From Amphiscolops sp. MND2022 (Eukaryota), in contig OZ076409.1 in assembly GCA_964187785.1 (NCBI GenBank), forward strand, positions 9,798,001 to 9,862,000: a stretch of 64,000 nucleotides of DNA, read 5' to 3'. Below, one piece after another: positions 51,185-64,000 of this stretch (the stretch's first letter is position 1; each line of letters begins with the position of its first letter). Both the position numbers and the translations under genes were made by a program. The notes beneath the pieces were generated by a model. It saw only the letters and a program-made list of their open reading frames with translations, did not search any database and was not told the DNA's origin.

Positions 51185-52431
51185 TACTATACCAACTGAG
51201 GTTCGCTTTCTTTTCTGGCTGTCAGGAAGAGTGACCGTTGTGACGTCGTGATCAAAAAAAAAACACTTTCCTTTGGTGGAGGACGTCAGATTCTGGTTTA
51301 TTGGACTGGCCTTTTGTTTCTGGTTGAAGCACGTCAACCGTTCCTTTGCAGTATTCAGAACTTACAACCTTTCGTAGTTCCTCTACTTATTAACTATCTT
51401 CAACACCATCGTTGCAGTGTTGTTCGTCGCTGTGACGAGTTGGTGTTCGTCGCAGTAACGACATGGGTTTGCGTCGCAGAAACGAGGATGAGGAATACAG
51501 TTGCCCGTTCAAGGGTCATGAGTTATGAACTTTGAACTTTGTTTTTGGCATCAGCGCCATCGTTTCGTCCCTTTGTCTTTCCCTTTAGCCAGCATCAGCA
51601 CTGTATGTACTCTCAATTATGAAAATCTTGCCTTTGGTTTTTACATGATTTTGTTTGTGCTGATTCATCCAAATTTTTCTAAAGCCTTTTCCATTTCATT
51701 GATTGGAAAAAGTACTTACTTGAGCAAAACTGTTTTGAAAACGGAAAGCCCATTATTTTGTGCATTTACAGTAGTGCTTTAACTTTTTTGTACGTTTTTG
51801 ACTTTGCCGTACCAAACGTTAATTTTTGCAGTTTGTTTCATTTTGAGCGCAGTTTTTGACTTTTCCGAGATTTGCCCTTCGTGCTGTTTTTTCGTTTCAT
51901 CGATCCCTATGCTCCCTTAATAATTTTTCTCGAGCCTTATGCTCTAATAATCTCCTAATCGAGCCTTATGCTGTAATGATCTCTAATTGAGCCCTATGTT
52001 CTTTCATTCCCTTTTTGAGCCCTATGCTCTTTTTTCCTTCAAGATGCATGTTGCCTCCATTTCCGTGCCTTGCCATTTTAGTAGTCCGAATCAGTAGCTA
52101 GCCTGGTTTTTCGCAATCTTTGGGTGTAGTACCGTGTTTCCCATTTTCCTCCTTTGTCCTAACATACGGGATAACAGAACAAGTTAGGACAAGTTTTTCT
52201 TTTTGTTTTTTGTTGCGCGATAGAACTGGATGTACTCTGACGTTTGTTTCGGCAGCTTACAATCCTAGTTTTTTCGGAACAAAAGGAGTTGATAGTACAC
52301 AAAGTACTCCGACTTTTGTTGTTTTCCTCTCCGGCGGATCGCCCACTGAGTCGTTCAGATTGAAACTTTCTTTGCGTGTTGAATTGAACTTAGTGGAACG
52401 TGAGAGTTTATTATTTTCGTCAGTGTTTGAT

Positions 52432-55400
52432 ATGACAGTTTGAAAAATTTTTGAAAACAGTTGGTTGAGCGAACGCTCGCAATGCCAAAAAAATTGAAAA
52501 ACTCCTTTTGGACAGGAAAAAGTCCATAAAAATGGTATTTGAACCCTAAATGCCCTCGATGACAATGTCAATCGAAGATGCCGAGGCACAAAAGTACAAG
52601 CCTTGATTGACGAATGTGTCAACTTGCAACATAATATTGCAGAGAAAAATACAAAGTTGTCAAAAAGTGATTCCGATGGTATCCGCGCAGAAGCAACTGC
52701 TATCGCGGAATAAGTGAATAATCGTTGTAAGCCATCGCTTGAAGAAGCACGTAATTACGTCTTTGCGCACTCTCCAAAAAGTATGAAATCAAAGTCTACC
52801 AAATGTTCTGGAACATCTTGTAAAACTCGCGCCCTAGTTGAATTGCAACTACAAGAACAAGAGTTAGAAAGACAAGCTGAAGTACAGAAAAGGTTATTAG
52901 AAGCCGAAATGCACATGAAAGCCTTACAAATTGCCGAAGCTACGCGTAAAAAGGTGCAAGCTGTAGGAGATAAAGCTTGTTTAGCCAGCATTGAGAACGA
53001 TGAGTCATATAACGATCCGGAAGACTCAGTAAAGTCAGCAAAAGACAATGCTGCTACTAAAACCGCAAAGTGGTGAATGACATTGTAGCAAATCGCGAAA
53101 GTACGGAAGTCCGTTCCGAACCGATTATGTCTTTACCAAAAACATTCGTTACCAGTGCTGGTAATTTTCCTCTATGTAGTTCTTCAAACTTTGTACCAAC
53201 CCAACAAACAACTCAATTGAATTTCACTAGGAATCCACCTTCGGGCCTTGTGAACAAGCCTATTTTTTGAATTGTGCCCTAGCTCAAAACGTGCAATTTC
53301 ACGTACCAAATTCTTCAACTACTAATGCAATTCCTACGTTGGTTCCACCATCGAACCATGCACTTCCAACTGTGCAAACTGGATTACCTGGCGAATTTAC
53401 AATCTTTTTTCGATCCTCGTTTGTTTCAGGAATCATTACCAAAACCTAATCTTGAATGTTTCTCGGGAAATCCATTGAAATGGCCTGAATGGAAGGGCAT
53501 GTTCCAATCAACCTGTTGTCATCCATCTGTTCCAAATGATCACAATATGCAATACTTGATGCTTTTCACAGCCGGAAAAGCCAAAGCGAAAATAGAGGGT
53601 GTTGGTGGTAGTTTTTTCGAGCAAGCCGTCGCTGCCCTGCAGCGACGCTTTGGGTCACCCCACTTAGTCGTAGGTGCGCAAGTAGACAAGATGAGTTAGC
53701 ATACGACTGTCAGAATGCATAATTCGGAAGCGATCCTTGAATTTTCCCAAGCAGTGGATGCATTCGTGTCTGGCCTCTCGTCCGAGCAGTATTTTAGTGA
53801 CTTGCAATCCTCTAGTAATTTGTGTCTTCTTGTGTCTAAACTCCCTATAAATCTTCGAGAACAGTGGTTTGCATTCACTCGAAGTCTGAAGTAAATTTAG
53901 TTAGTTTTCGTGATTGGCTACAGAAAAAAGCGATGATTCATGAACGCCTTCTCATATCATCTAAAAAGACAGATAAGGGTTCGGAGAGCAAACGTTTTTG
54001 CAGCTAGTGTCTCCAACGCAACCGATAAAGAACGAAATAACCAAAATTCATGTCCCATATGCCAATGTAGTCATAAACTGTGGAAGTGCGGTGCATTTCT
54101 TGTCAAGTCTGTTGAGCAACGAAGTACGTTCGCACGAGATGATAAACTCTGTTTTTTTTGCCTTCAAGCCGGTCATTTGTTTAAGGATTGTAAATGGATT
54201 TGAAGTGTATCAAAAAGGTTGCAAATAGTCCCACATTGTCCTTTCACACATTGAAAACAGCGAGAAGTCTGGCAAAGCCACCGGAATTGCTACTGCGTCA
54301 GAAAACTCCATCGCCTCTTGTACTGTTGCGCAAGCTCGCAGAGGATCCTTGCAGGTATTAGATATTGGTTTGAGGAATAGTTCCTCAGAAGCAAAGGCTT
54401 GGGCACTTTGTGATATTGGGAGTACCCATTCGTGAGTGCCTGAGAAGTTCCGTTCTGAAATGGGTTTGAAGGGTTCTCATGAAGTTGTTCTTGTTCGCGA
54501 AGTTACTGGGACCATTGAAGGTAGCACTCGTTGTGTAGATTTGGAACTTTTTTCGTTAGAGGATAACAATTTGGTTCCGTTGAAATTTTCGGCTTTGGTA
54601 AGACCCGGTTTGTACTTGGGCAATGAAAAACTTGATCTTTGGAATGTCAAATGTGAATGATCGCATCTGAAACATATTGTTGCTGACGATAATACTTACC
54701 CCAACATTTCAGTAATTCTTGGTAAAGATGTGTTCTCAGCCATCTGTCCCATTGGCTATAGTACTTCGAATAAACATTTTCCATAAGCCGTCCAGTTACC
54801 CATCGTTTGGGTTGTTAGTGGACCGCTGCCTAATTGCAAACAACTGAAGGAAAGTTCTTGCGTATTTTTTTTTCCGAAACGAATTCGGATGAAAGCGATG
54901 GATTTGCCGAATATTTGTCATCCCAAGTGTCAAAGTGGTGGGCGTTTGAGTCCTACTCTTCGTTTGTCCATGTACAGCCGAGATCTAAAAGTGACAAACA
55001 GGCTTGTAAAATTTTGAACGAGACTTGTCACTTCAATAGTTTTCTTTATTCAGTTGGAATGCTGTGGCAAGCTGAACACATCAAACTGCCGAATAATTTT
55101 GAGCAAGCAAAAGCTCATTAGTTAAGTCTCGAAAGACGATTGGAAAAAACTCCGGAAATCAATGCTCTTTATGCCGAAACAGTAAAAGCAGACCTTGCCA
55201 AAGATTATGTAGGCAATCTGTCACTGGAGGATGTAAAGTCCACTCCGAATTCGCAACAGTGGTATCTTCCTCACCATCCCGTGCAAAATCCACATAAACC
55301 TGATAAACTCCTATTTTATCAGGCATGTTTGCAATGCTGCGTGTAGGTTCAGTGGAACTTCTTTGAATGATGTGTTGTTGCCCGGTCCTGATTTGTTGTG

Positions 55401-58183
55401 CGACCGCATTGGTATTTTGATACGTTTCTGTTTGTTCCCTATTGCAGTGTGTGGAGACATAGAAGCAATGTTCAAGCAAGTCGATGTCCCTGTGCATGAG
55501 CAGAATTTTTCAAGATTTCCGTGGCGGGAGGGTGTCCCTGATGAGATTGAAATATTTCAATATGCCTGACACATCTCCGGAGCGAAGTCGTCGCCAACTT
55601 GCGCTAACATCGCTGTGCAAAAAGTAGCAAGTGATAACAAAGATGATTTTCCTCAACCGCCGAAGCTGTGTTCAACTCATTTTATGTCGATGACTTTTTG
55701 AAGTCTTTCGGGTCAGTCGATAAAGCCAGTGAAATTATGACTCAATTAGTTGAGATGATGAAACGTGGTGGGTTCAACTTGACCAAATTCATCACGAATA
55801 CCGAATCAGTGTTTGAGTCCGAACACGAAGACATTGCTTTTGCAAATCCATCCTTTTCTGACGTGGGAAGTGTTAGTGTTCTTGGGATCAACTGGGATAC
55901 GCGAGATGATACTTTTGCTGTGTCTCGTGGTGTTTCGAATGATCTTCCGCCAAGTTAACCCAGCGCAAATTTTTATCTTCAGTCTCTTCAGTTTACGATC
56001 CTTCACGATTCGCGGTCAAATATTCCTAAAGGAATTGTGGAGGTGCGTAGGTCAGTCATGGGACACTATCGTTCCGCAAAACACCAATGACTTGTTCCAT
56101 GAATGGAATGGTGAGAAAGATGTCATTCCAAACGTGAAGTTAGCTCGTTGTATTTTTACTCAGTCCAGTCATTCAAACATTGAACTCCACACTTTTGTTG
56201 ATGCATCCCAAGCAGCCATGTGTGTTGTGGTTTATATGCCATCCATGTGTAATGAAGGAGTGTTTGTGAATTTTGTAGTCGGGAAGTGCGGCGTTGCGTT
56301 GCACCCATCCACTCTAGCACGAAACCGAAGCTTCAGTTACAAGCAGCCTTGATTGGCATGCGGCTTTGTACAGCAGTCAAGTCCTTCTTGCCGTTCGATG
56401 TTGAACGTGGTTTTGGAGCGACAGTTCCACGGTCATTCATTGGATTGATTCCTTTCACAAACTTTTCGCAGTTTTTGTAGCAAATTGGGTCGCAGAGATC
56501 CTCGACTACACAACTGTTGATCAGTGGCGGTTTGTACCTGGAATTTTGAATCCCGCCGACCTCGGCACGAGAGGATTGAAGTTTTATGAAATAATGAGTA
56601 CGGAGTGGCTCACTGGAGCCTCTTTTCTGAAATTTGACCTGAACCAGTGGCCGAAGACAGAGCTTCCAATTCAGGAAATTTCACTTCGGACGTCACCAAT
56701 CGCCGGTGATTCATTGTTGTCTTCAGTGTTGTCACACTTGTGGTCCAGGTTTTCGAGTTTTGCAACAAATTGTCGGAGCGTAGCTTACGTCAAACGCTTC
56801 AGTAATCGATTGTTGTCATCACGCGGTGGTAACCAGTGCGAAGCTCAAGAGAGTAGTTGCTCTTTATCCGCTCATGAGTTAGCGTCGGCCGAACTTGTGA
56901 TTTGGAAATATGTTCAGGCGGAGTCTTTCAGTAATGAAATCAAAGCGTTGAAAAAAGAGCAGCCCATTGCGAACTCATCCAGGATCGCTCCTCTGCTGCC
57001 CAAGGCCGAGTTGGGAAGGCTTCATTACTTCTTTTTGAGCAGAAGCATCCAGTTATACTCTCTGCCACCCATCCAGCGGTGAAAGCTTTTTTGCGCAAAG
57101 TTCATGTCACCGATAATTTCCATGAAGGCATTGAGTACCTGTGGTCCGTAATACAGCAAAAGTTTTGGATCCTCGAGTTGAGGTATGAATTTAGAGGGAT
57201 CAAGTTGAAATGTGTTTTGTGTAGTAAACGTCAGCCTAAGTCACTTCAACCGCAAATAGCTGACCTTCCAGTTGAGCGTTTGGGATTCAACAAAAAGCCA
57301 TTCGCTTTCACTGGCATTGACTTCTTCGGTCCATTTGAAATAAGACTTTGCCGTTCGTCGCATAAAAGATGGTGTTGTTTGTTCACGTGCCTCACCACAA
57401 GAGCCGTGCACATTGAGGTTTGTCATGGCCTCAGTACCGATTCTTGTTTATCTTTCGAATCAGATAAAGGCACTAACTTTGTTGGGGCCGCTCGAGAGCT
57501 TCGAGAGTTTGCATTTTTGTTGAAAAACGATACAAGAATTCATTCACATTTAGCTGAGCGTTCTTGTCATTGGAAGTTTAACCCACCAGCATCTCCTCAT
57601 TTTGGAGTAGCAAGGGAGAGACTCGTCCGGTCTGGTAAGAAGGCAATGTTTGCCGTGTTGTCGAGCCGTCGTCTCAATGAAGAGACCTTTTCAACCACCA
57701 TGTGTCTTGTCGAACAAATTCTCAATTCGAGACCGTTTACAGAAATTAGTTCTGATCCCCAAAACCTTGAAGCAACAACCCCTAATCAATTTTTACTTAA
57801 TCGCTCGACTGTCTTTTGCCTGTCGTTTTAACTCTACCTTCAGATTTCTCACATCGCCGTGTTTTTAAACAAGCCCAATCGCACGTTGACTGGGTATAGA
57901 AACGTTGGCTTTCGGACTATGTCCCGCAACTTTGCGCCGTCGTAAATGTGTTTCTGATTCGTCTTGTCCCTTGGTTGTTGATTCACTTGTTTGGATCGTG
58001 GACATCGATAGTCCTAGAGGCTCTTATCCATTGGCCCGTGTTGATAAATTACACTTGGTTGATGATGGTCGTGTCCGGTCTGCAACTTTGAAAACGAAGT
58101 CAGGTTCATTGGTTGGTCCCTTGGTGAAGCTTGTTCCTTTACCAGTCTTTGGTTCCTGTGACCAGCAGGAACGGGGCCCGGGA
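52432..58183 (+). pseudogene. BEL gag-pol polyprotein with many stops and frameshifts
   Basis: Domain order gag, zinc knuckles, protease, RT, RNase H, integrase across fragmented ORFs. Confidence 0.9.
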
Positions 58184-59027
58184 TGTTCGGGACACGAACT
58201 AAATTAATCATTCTCTCATAGTAACCTTGAAAGAGTAGTAACTCGGATGACTCATACGTAATCGTTCTCTTTGAGGTTTACAGGTCTTTAACGGTCATTC
58301 GGTTTTCGTGCTTTGCTTTTGCATTGATAAAGAGGTTTTCCGTGTCGTTTTTACCAACGAACGTACCATTTCGGTCGTTCGTGCTCTTTTTTGGGTTCTA
58401 CGCTTACAGTCGCCGGCTGAACCCGGGTCTCTTTAGTTTTCGGATACAGATTGAACGTATGTCGATCCTTGTCAATCACTTGAATAAAATTTCAACAGTT
58501 TTCATAGTGAAAATCCTTCAGTTCAAACGTTACGTAATTTGATCATCTTTCATTCAGTTCACCACGCCATACAGAAACAATGCTTTTGTGCAGCATGTTC
58601 AAACATGCAGGAATCGGTAAAAAGCTGATTCAACTTGCGTTACTTTCTTACCGGTTTTAATTAATAAGTCAAGGAAAGAGTTCCTTCCCAGACAACAACT
58701 TGTCTGGTACCTGCTAAAGTATCTGTAACGTTTTGTGAATCCCTTCCTAGGACAATTTTGAGTTGAATTTACTTGGGAAACAGGCACTGCTCGTGTCAAT
58801 CCAGCATTAAACTTTCACCGCTAGCTACTGGTTCCTTCATGAGCTGTAATCTTGTGACCAAGCCATAACTCCCATTCCTGTTAACTTTCTTTTAACTTAA
58901 TTTTCAATGTAAACCAACTTTGCTTTATACTTGAACAAGTAATCAATAAATTCTTCGATTCATTCCTCAGCCTTTTATGCTCCAAATTAACCGCCACAAA
59001 CCCCCTTTATGCACGCGGGCACAAACA
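58184..59027 (+). repeat. BEL 3' LTR (844 bp)
   Basis: Direct repeat of 50334-51184, followed by TSD ATGAT. Confidence 0.93.
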
Positions 59028-60029
59028 ATGATCTTGTCATGATCGGCTTGAAATCATATATGGTCCAGAGCATGATCGGTCTGGAATCATATATGGTCCA
59101 GAGTATGATCAGCCTGGAAACATAAATAAAGTTTCAAATATTGAGAACAGCCAGCTTAATAGGCTGAAGGCAATAGAGCCACATTCGACTTTTTGTATCT
59201 CTGCAAACGATGCATTGCAGGTCAGAACTCCGTTAAGCTCTAAGAGGATTTGAAAACAAACTATTGTCACTCAATTTGTTCTTAGCTACTCCTTAGTTAA
59301 TGACTAACTCTTTTGTTATAGCAGTACCCACTTTGCAGTGTGATTTTCGATTATTTCGAGAAAAATTAACAATAATTCAGCAAAAACTGGCAAAAATTGA
59401 TGATTGCAACCTTGTTTTCAATTTGGTGATTGTATTGGACCTTTGGTTGAGGAATATCTTGTAATTTCATCAGTGTATGCGTTAATGGACTACATTATCT
59501 TATTTATTCTTATGGCTCCAGGCTGACCATACTCAGGGCATAAAGCTTTTTCGTTCCAGGCTGATCATAGACTGAACCATATTTAGCCCTGAATATGGTC
59601 AAGCTGGAACCAAAAACCTTTATGGTCCAGAGTATGGTCAGCCTGGAGTCATACTGTGAGTATGATGACAGAGTATGATTGACCTGTTTTTGTATGGGAG
59701 GGAAACCCGGAAGGTAACCCTGTATGAGTAGATTTGTTCACAGTTCTATTGTACTAAAATGTGACACGTGCAAATTTCGGCTCTTTTTCCTTTCCCCCCA
59801 CACTTTTTTTATAGAAAACAAACTCAACATAAAGGATTATATTTGACTATATCATTCAATATTTCTTCGAATAGGTCTTTTCCTTTGTTTTGTTGTCTCC
59901 ACACTATTAGAGTAATGTTCCGCTTGAACAAAACATTGTTCACACAATTTGACTAATTATGTTCGTATTGTGTTTATTGATGACTCAAAACAGGAAGCTG
60001 TTGATTTCTTCATCAAAAATGCGTAACTA

Positions 60030-60390
60030 CCCAGGGAAAAAGTGTTAACAAAGTTTGTATCTGAATCCTAAACTATCACACTGAGAATAAATTTAAAACT
60101 GAACTGTTTCATTGGAAACGCAATTGAGTTATCATTAATTGCAAAAACATCATCTTGAAACGTGTAAGGAAAAGGCAAAAAGTTCCCAAATTTCATGTCC
60201 AAACGATGAATTCGAATTTTTCACCTCTTGAATTTTTAAATAAGAATCTTGACAAGATTCTTGTCAATAATTTCAAGATTTTTAAGGGTCCAAGAATTAT
60301 TCAGGATCTTATCAAGGGTTTCAAGAGGTAACGGGAACTTGCGGGAAACTCCAAGATCTTGGCAAGAGTTTGAAGATATTTTACACTGGG
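60030..60390. mobile_element. CCC...GGG MITE with 2-bp TSD (TA)
   Basis: TA|CCCAGGGAAAA ... TTTTACACTGGG|TA; AAGATCTT units. Confidence 0.5.
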
Positions 60391-62604
60391 TAATGAGAGC
60401 ACAATCAGAACTTAGAAATGCGTATAGAATCAAGAATATTGATGCAAAATTTATCTGTGCTGACCCGGATGCAACGCCATATGCGAATCCATGCAATTTC
60501 ATGCCTGGAACCATATGATTCCATACGATAATTTCTTGCCGTTTCCATCTTATCTCGAATAACATGGAATTGTGTTGATCACAATATGGTTTCATGTACG
60601 GAACTGCACGGAAGCCTCGTGAATTTCGATCCGGGAAAGCAATCATACAGACACCATCTATGGAAATCATCACAGCCATGCTATTGCATGAGTCAAAGGT
60701 CCAAAATAAGTTTTACCTTCCTGCAAGCAAAGATTGGCAAGCCTAGAGAGAGCAGCAAGTAACCGAGAGTCAAGTGAAGCAGTACATTTCTACAATATTT
60801 TGCACTCATTGATGTGCTGCTTCTTTGCTTGCCATTTAAGCATCAGATGTCAGATAAAATGTTAAAGTCCAGACAACATCAGAATACCATCTGGACAACT
60901 TCTGGACTACTTTTGTGGAGTTACTTCTAAAATCACTGTATATTGGTCAATCTAAAACGCTGTATTTCATTCTTGGTACTTTTTGGTTCTTCCCGTAAGG
61001 TTTTTTTGTACAAAAACCCCTTTTTGTGCGTTTTTTAGGTCGAAAAATATTGACATTTTTTTGAAGTCCTTGGCGCTCTTGGTAAAAATCTTGCCAAGAT
61101 TTTTACCAAGGGTTTCAGGACTATGCAAGATCCTTCGCAAGATATTTTACACTGGGTACTAATTTTTCAAAACCTCTTCTGACATTTACCCCAGATTTCC
61201 ATGTTTCTGGAAACATGGAAACAGTTTTAGTGAACTCAGATTTTTCGGAATGAATAAAAACCTTCCAATAGTCGGTTCAAGTAGCTGGAGAATGACCTGA
61301 AGGTCAAATCTGTTTCAAGGACATGCGTCAAAGGTGTTTTAAGTTCGTTGCGACAGAGGATCAGTTGAAGTAAATGGCGCATGCAAGGGTGCCTTTTCCA
61401 CGAATTTTCCCCTAAACTCCGTTTACCGGGTCTTACCAACCTTGACGCATGAACACTTGAATTCCTCAAAGCCTTTAAATAAAAACAGACGCTATTCTAG
61501 TTTCTACAGCTCAATATACTTGGCAAATTTACTTGACCCAGGATTGCAATGTCGCCGGAATACCAGGTGAGTCATAAATTGGAAAGTTCGTTGTTTGACT
61601 AGGGTCTCTGGTGTTACGGGCGCGGAAGGGGGGTTTCTGTAAATATAACAACTTACGACTTCTATCGCAATTTTATAGACTTACTTGTATATTTTGTTTG
61701 GAACGACTGGAATTCATCAGAATTTGAGCTGATATTCGGCTCATGCTCTGATCAGAACAGCAAATAATCTTCAGTTCAAATTTCATTCACGCATTCTGTT
61801 CTCTCGTTTAACGAGGCGATTTGTTACGTCATTTTCTGGCCTTACGAGTGAAGAACCGCGATGGCATTGTGAATGGTAGAACGTGGTATCATGGTACCAT
61901 TTCGTCCAATCAGAGGTCGGCGTTTTGTGCAAGGATTAGCAAATCTGAAGTTCACCATAAAGTCACTGACTTCACTGCAGTACCGGTTTACTTAATTAAA
62001 GCCGTCCCGATCGAGACAATTTCCTAGCTGGCAAACTCTCAAACTGGTTGAACGAATGTTTCTCAGAAATTGAGGAGAATTCGAGAAGAAAGTGTCAAAG
62101 TACCGAAGTCAATGAACTTGACAGAAGCATAGAAAATCATCTTAGCTGTTGAGTTTGTCACCAGACCATACAGTACCATCAACCGAGTGCAACCGCATTC
62201 ATTTTAGCTGACAAAACATACAAAATTTGTCTTGTTTTTATTGTTTCTTACCAGACAACAATGTAAACATTGCAAAATCCCTACAAGTTCATAGCATTAT
62301 TTGACTTCTGAGCGTCTAAGTTTCATCATCACCTTCTAGGTGTTTAACGTTTGTTGTTTCAAAACCATTACCAAAGCTTCGTTCTTCAGTTAGTTATTAC
62401 TTATAATCCAAGATGGACATTATTAAAGAACCCATAACCAACTATTACCAAATTGGTGCTGAAATCGGAATGTGAGTTGCTTATCGAATTTCATTGAATT
62501 TTTTTAAAAAAATTTCAAGTTTCAAAATTTTAGTCGTTTTCATGGAACTTTACTCCCATTTCCCTGCTTTCGTTTGAACCAGTCTAAAACCTAACTAAGA
62601 ACGT

Positions 62605-63313
62605 CCCGGGTCGACCCTCCATGGATATCTTAGTAAGATCTTGGCAAGATCTTGGAAAAATCTTAGCTAAGATCTTGCCAAGATATTGGCAAGGATTGCA
62701 AGATGTCATGGTAAGATCTTATCAAGAGAGCCATGTTTCCAAGAAAACTTTTATTGTAAAATCCTATTTGGAAAGAAAAAATCTGAAAGGAACTCAACAA
62801 AAATCAACATTTCTGCAGATTTATATTGTTAGACATTAAAACTTCTGTTAGCAATGTATAAAATTTGTTTGAAGAGATATTTATTTAGGAAGGCTGGTTA
62901 AATTGTTCTTTCAATTGCAAAACTGTCGCCAACAACGGCGTCAGAAAAGCCTTCAGCTGAATCATTACCCAAATTTCGGAACCCAGAATACGTTATCGAA
63001 ATTTTTCATGCATTTTTGCATGCAAAAGTTTTTCAGCAGGTTTAAGCATTTTGATTATGAAAACGAGTAGAAATAGTCGTTGTTGGGTGAAATGAGCCTT
63101 TAGATTGAGTCTCGGCTTGTACCGAAGGTATAGTGTTTTTTTATAAGCTTAAAATTTTGTCCATCGTTATAAGATACGATCTTGGAATAAGTATTATCTT
63201 AGTAAGATTTTAATAAAAATCTTTCCATGGGATCCATGGCTGCCAAGATGTAGTAAGAATTTGGCAAGATCTTGCCAAGACAGCCTAGATGCTAGTAAGA
63301 GGGTCAAACCGGG
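62605..63313. mobile_element. CCC...GGG MITE with 2-bp TSD (GT), EnSpm/CMC-like termini
   Basis: CCCGGGTCGACCCTC vs GAGGGTCAAACCGGG; GT on both flanks; sub-terminal TTGGCAAGATCTT repeats. Confidence 0.7.
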
Positions 63314-63726
63314 GTTTCTCAAGTAAGTTTCGAAGTTCATCCAATTAACGATTTCATTCAAACTACGTACATGTGCTACACAACGAATAATTCAAGTGTG
63401 GAGGTTTTATGGTATAGGTTTTATTTTCGAAACCAAAATGTCAGTAACTACATTTTTTGAAATATTCCGCGGCTTCATTGTTGAAAGTTGAATCGAAAAG
63501 CGAAAGAAAAAAATCGGGCAACTTTGGCTGCTTGTTTTGCCCAGCCCAAAAAACGTTTCGTAAAAAGATAAATTTGGACTTTTTACACTACAGACCAGAC
63601 TATCAGACTGGTGCAACTTCAATTCGTCGAACATTCAAATCGTCAGAAAATGGAAAGCTATTTAATGCGTCGAAAGAATTCCATATCAGCGATTATTTTC
63701 ATTTGGTTATATTTTGTGGCGATTAG

Positions 63727-63869
63727 CATATTTGTTGTATGGCTCTGTCGCTTCGCTCCTTTCTCCAAGTAGCAATATCGAGGCATGGCCATATGACACG
63801 TCGCTCCGATTCGCTTCGCTCCTGCATTTAGGGTACTAGGAGTAGGTGAACATAGCTGATTACGTTATA
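63727..63869 (-). repeat. Inverted copy of the interspersed repeat at 20334-20466
   Basis: Reverse complement begins TATAACGTAATCAGCTATGTTCAC and ends GAGCCATACAACAAATATG, as at 20334. Confidence 0.8.
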
Positions 63870-63921
63870 GTAATTTTGAATGCTCGAATTTGATTGGCCG
63901 AAATCAATTACGTCATACCAT

Positions 63922-63988
63922 GCTCGATAAATTAATACGTGTTCGATAAATTGAATGTTCGACTAATTGAATGTTCGACGAATTGAAC
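63922..63988. repeat. ~15-bp tandem repeat (GTTCGAYWAATTGAAT-like)
   Basis: Four visible imperfect units at the window end. Confidence 0.65.
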
Positions 63989-64000
63989 AGTCCCCTATCA

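Larger units (their letters stand above)
50334..59027 (+). mobile_element. Full-length but decayed BEL/Pao LTR retrotransposon
   Basis: LTRs 50334-51184 and 58184-59027 (TG...CA), TSD ATGAT, PPT-like GGAACGGGGCCCGGGA; FSGNPLKWPEW, CPICQCSHKLWKC, LCFFCLQAGH, WYLPHHPV, FYVDDF, LHTFVDAS, GIDFFGPF, SDKGTNFVGA. Confidence 0.96.
50263..59698. mobile_element. CCC...GGG MITE-like element interrupted by the BEL insertion
   Basis: CCCAACCAGGTCGATCA vs reverse complement of the end, CCCATACAAAAACAGGTCAATCA; repeated GACCATA/TATGGTC units on both sides; no clear TSD. Confidence 0.45.

Noticed and set aside
60236..60679. 147-aa minus-strand ORF as a host gene
   Set aside because: Its 3' third is MITE sequence, no family motif was recognised, and no consistent exon chain could be built

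Overview
AT-rich eukaryotic DNA, most likely from an invertebrate animal (spliceosomal GT-AG introns; BEL/Pao, Gypsy, LINE, mariner and Helentron-type repeats). It is not prokaryotic and has no CRISPR array, rRNA or intact tRNA. Only one host gene is supportable: a 3-exon cytochrome b561 (8776-9015, 22709-22918, 33306-33584; 242 aa; four haem-ligand His) whose two >10 kb introns are filled with transposons. Intron 1 holds an internally deleted Gypsy element (1.5 kb LTRs, TSD TAAGT, gag starting inside the LTR, an extra 3' ORF) and a recent X-G-X-G-X tandem rearrangement. Intron 2 holds a young LTR element with no recognisable pol (2 kb LTRs, TSD TTATG, tRNA-Asn-like PBS). It carries a long gag-like frame and a head-to-head pair of apparently paralogous ~100-aa unknown ORFs around a central palindrome, which is the most novel-looking signal here. 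Downstream lie three BEL/Pao elements: one full-length (TSD ATGAT), one truncated with an SGNH-like ORF between its PBS and gag, and one ancient relic. All homology calls are by eye from motifs, with no database search.
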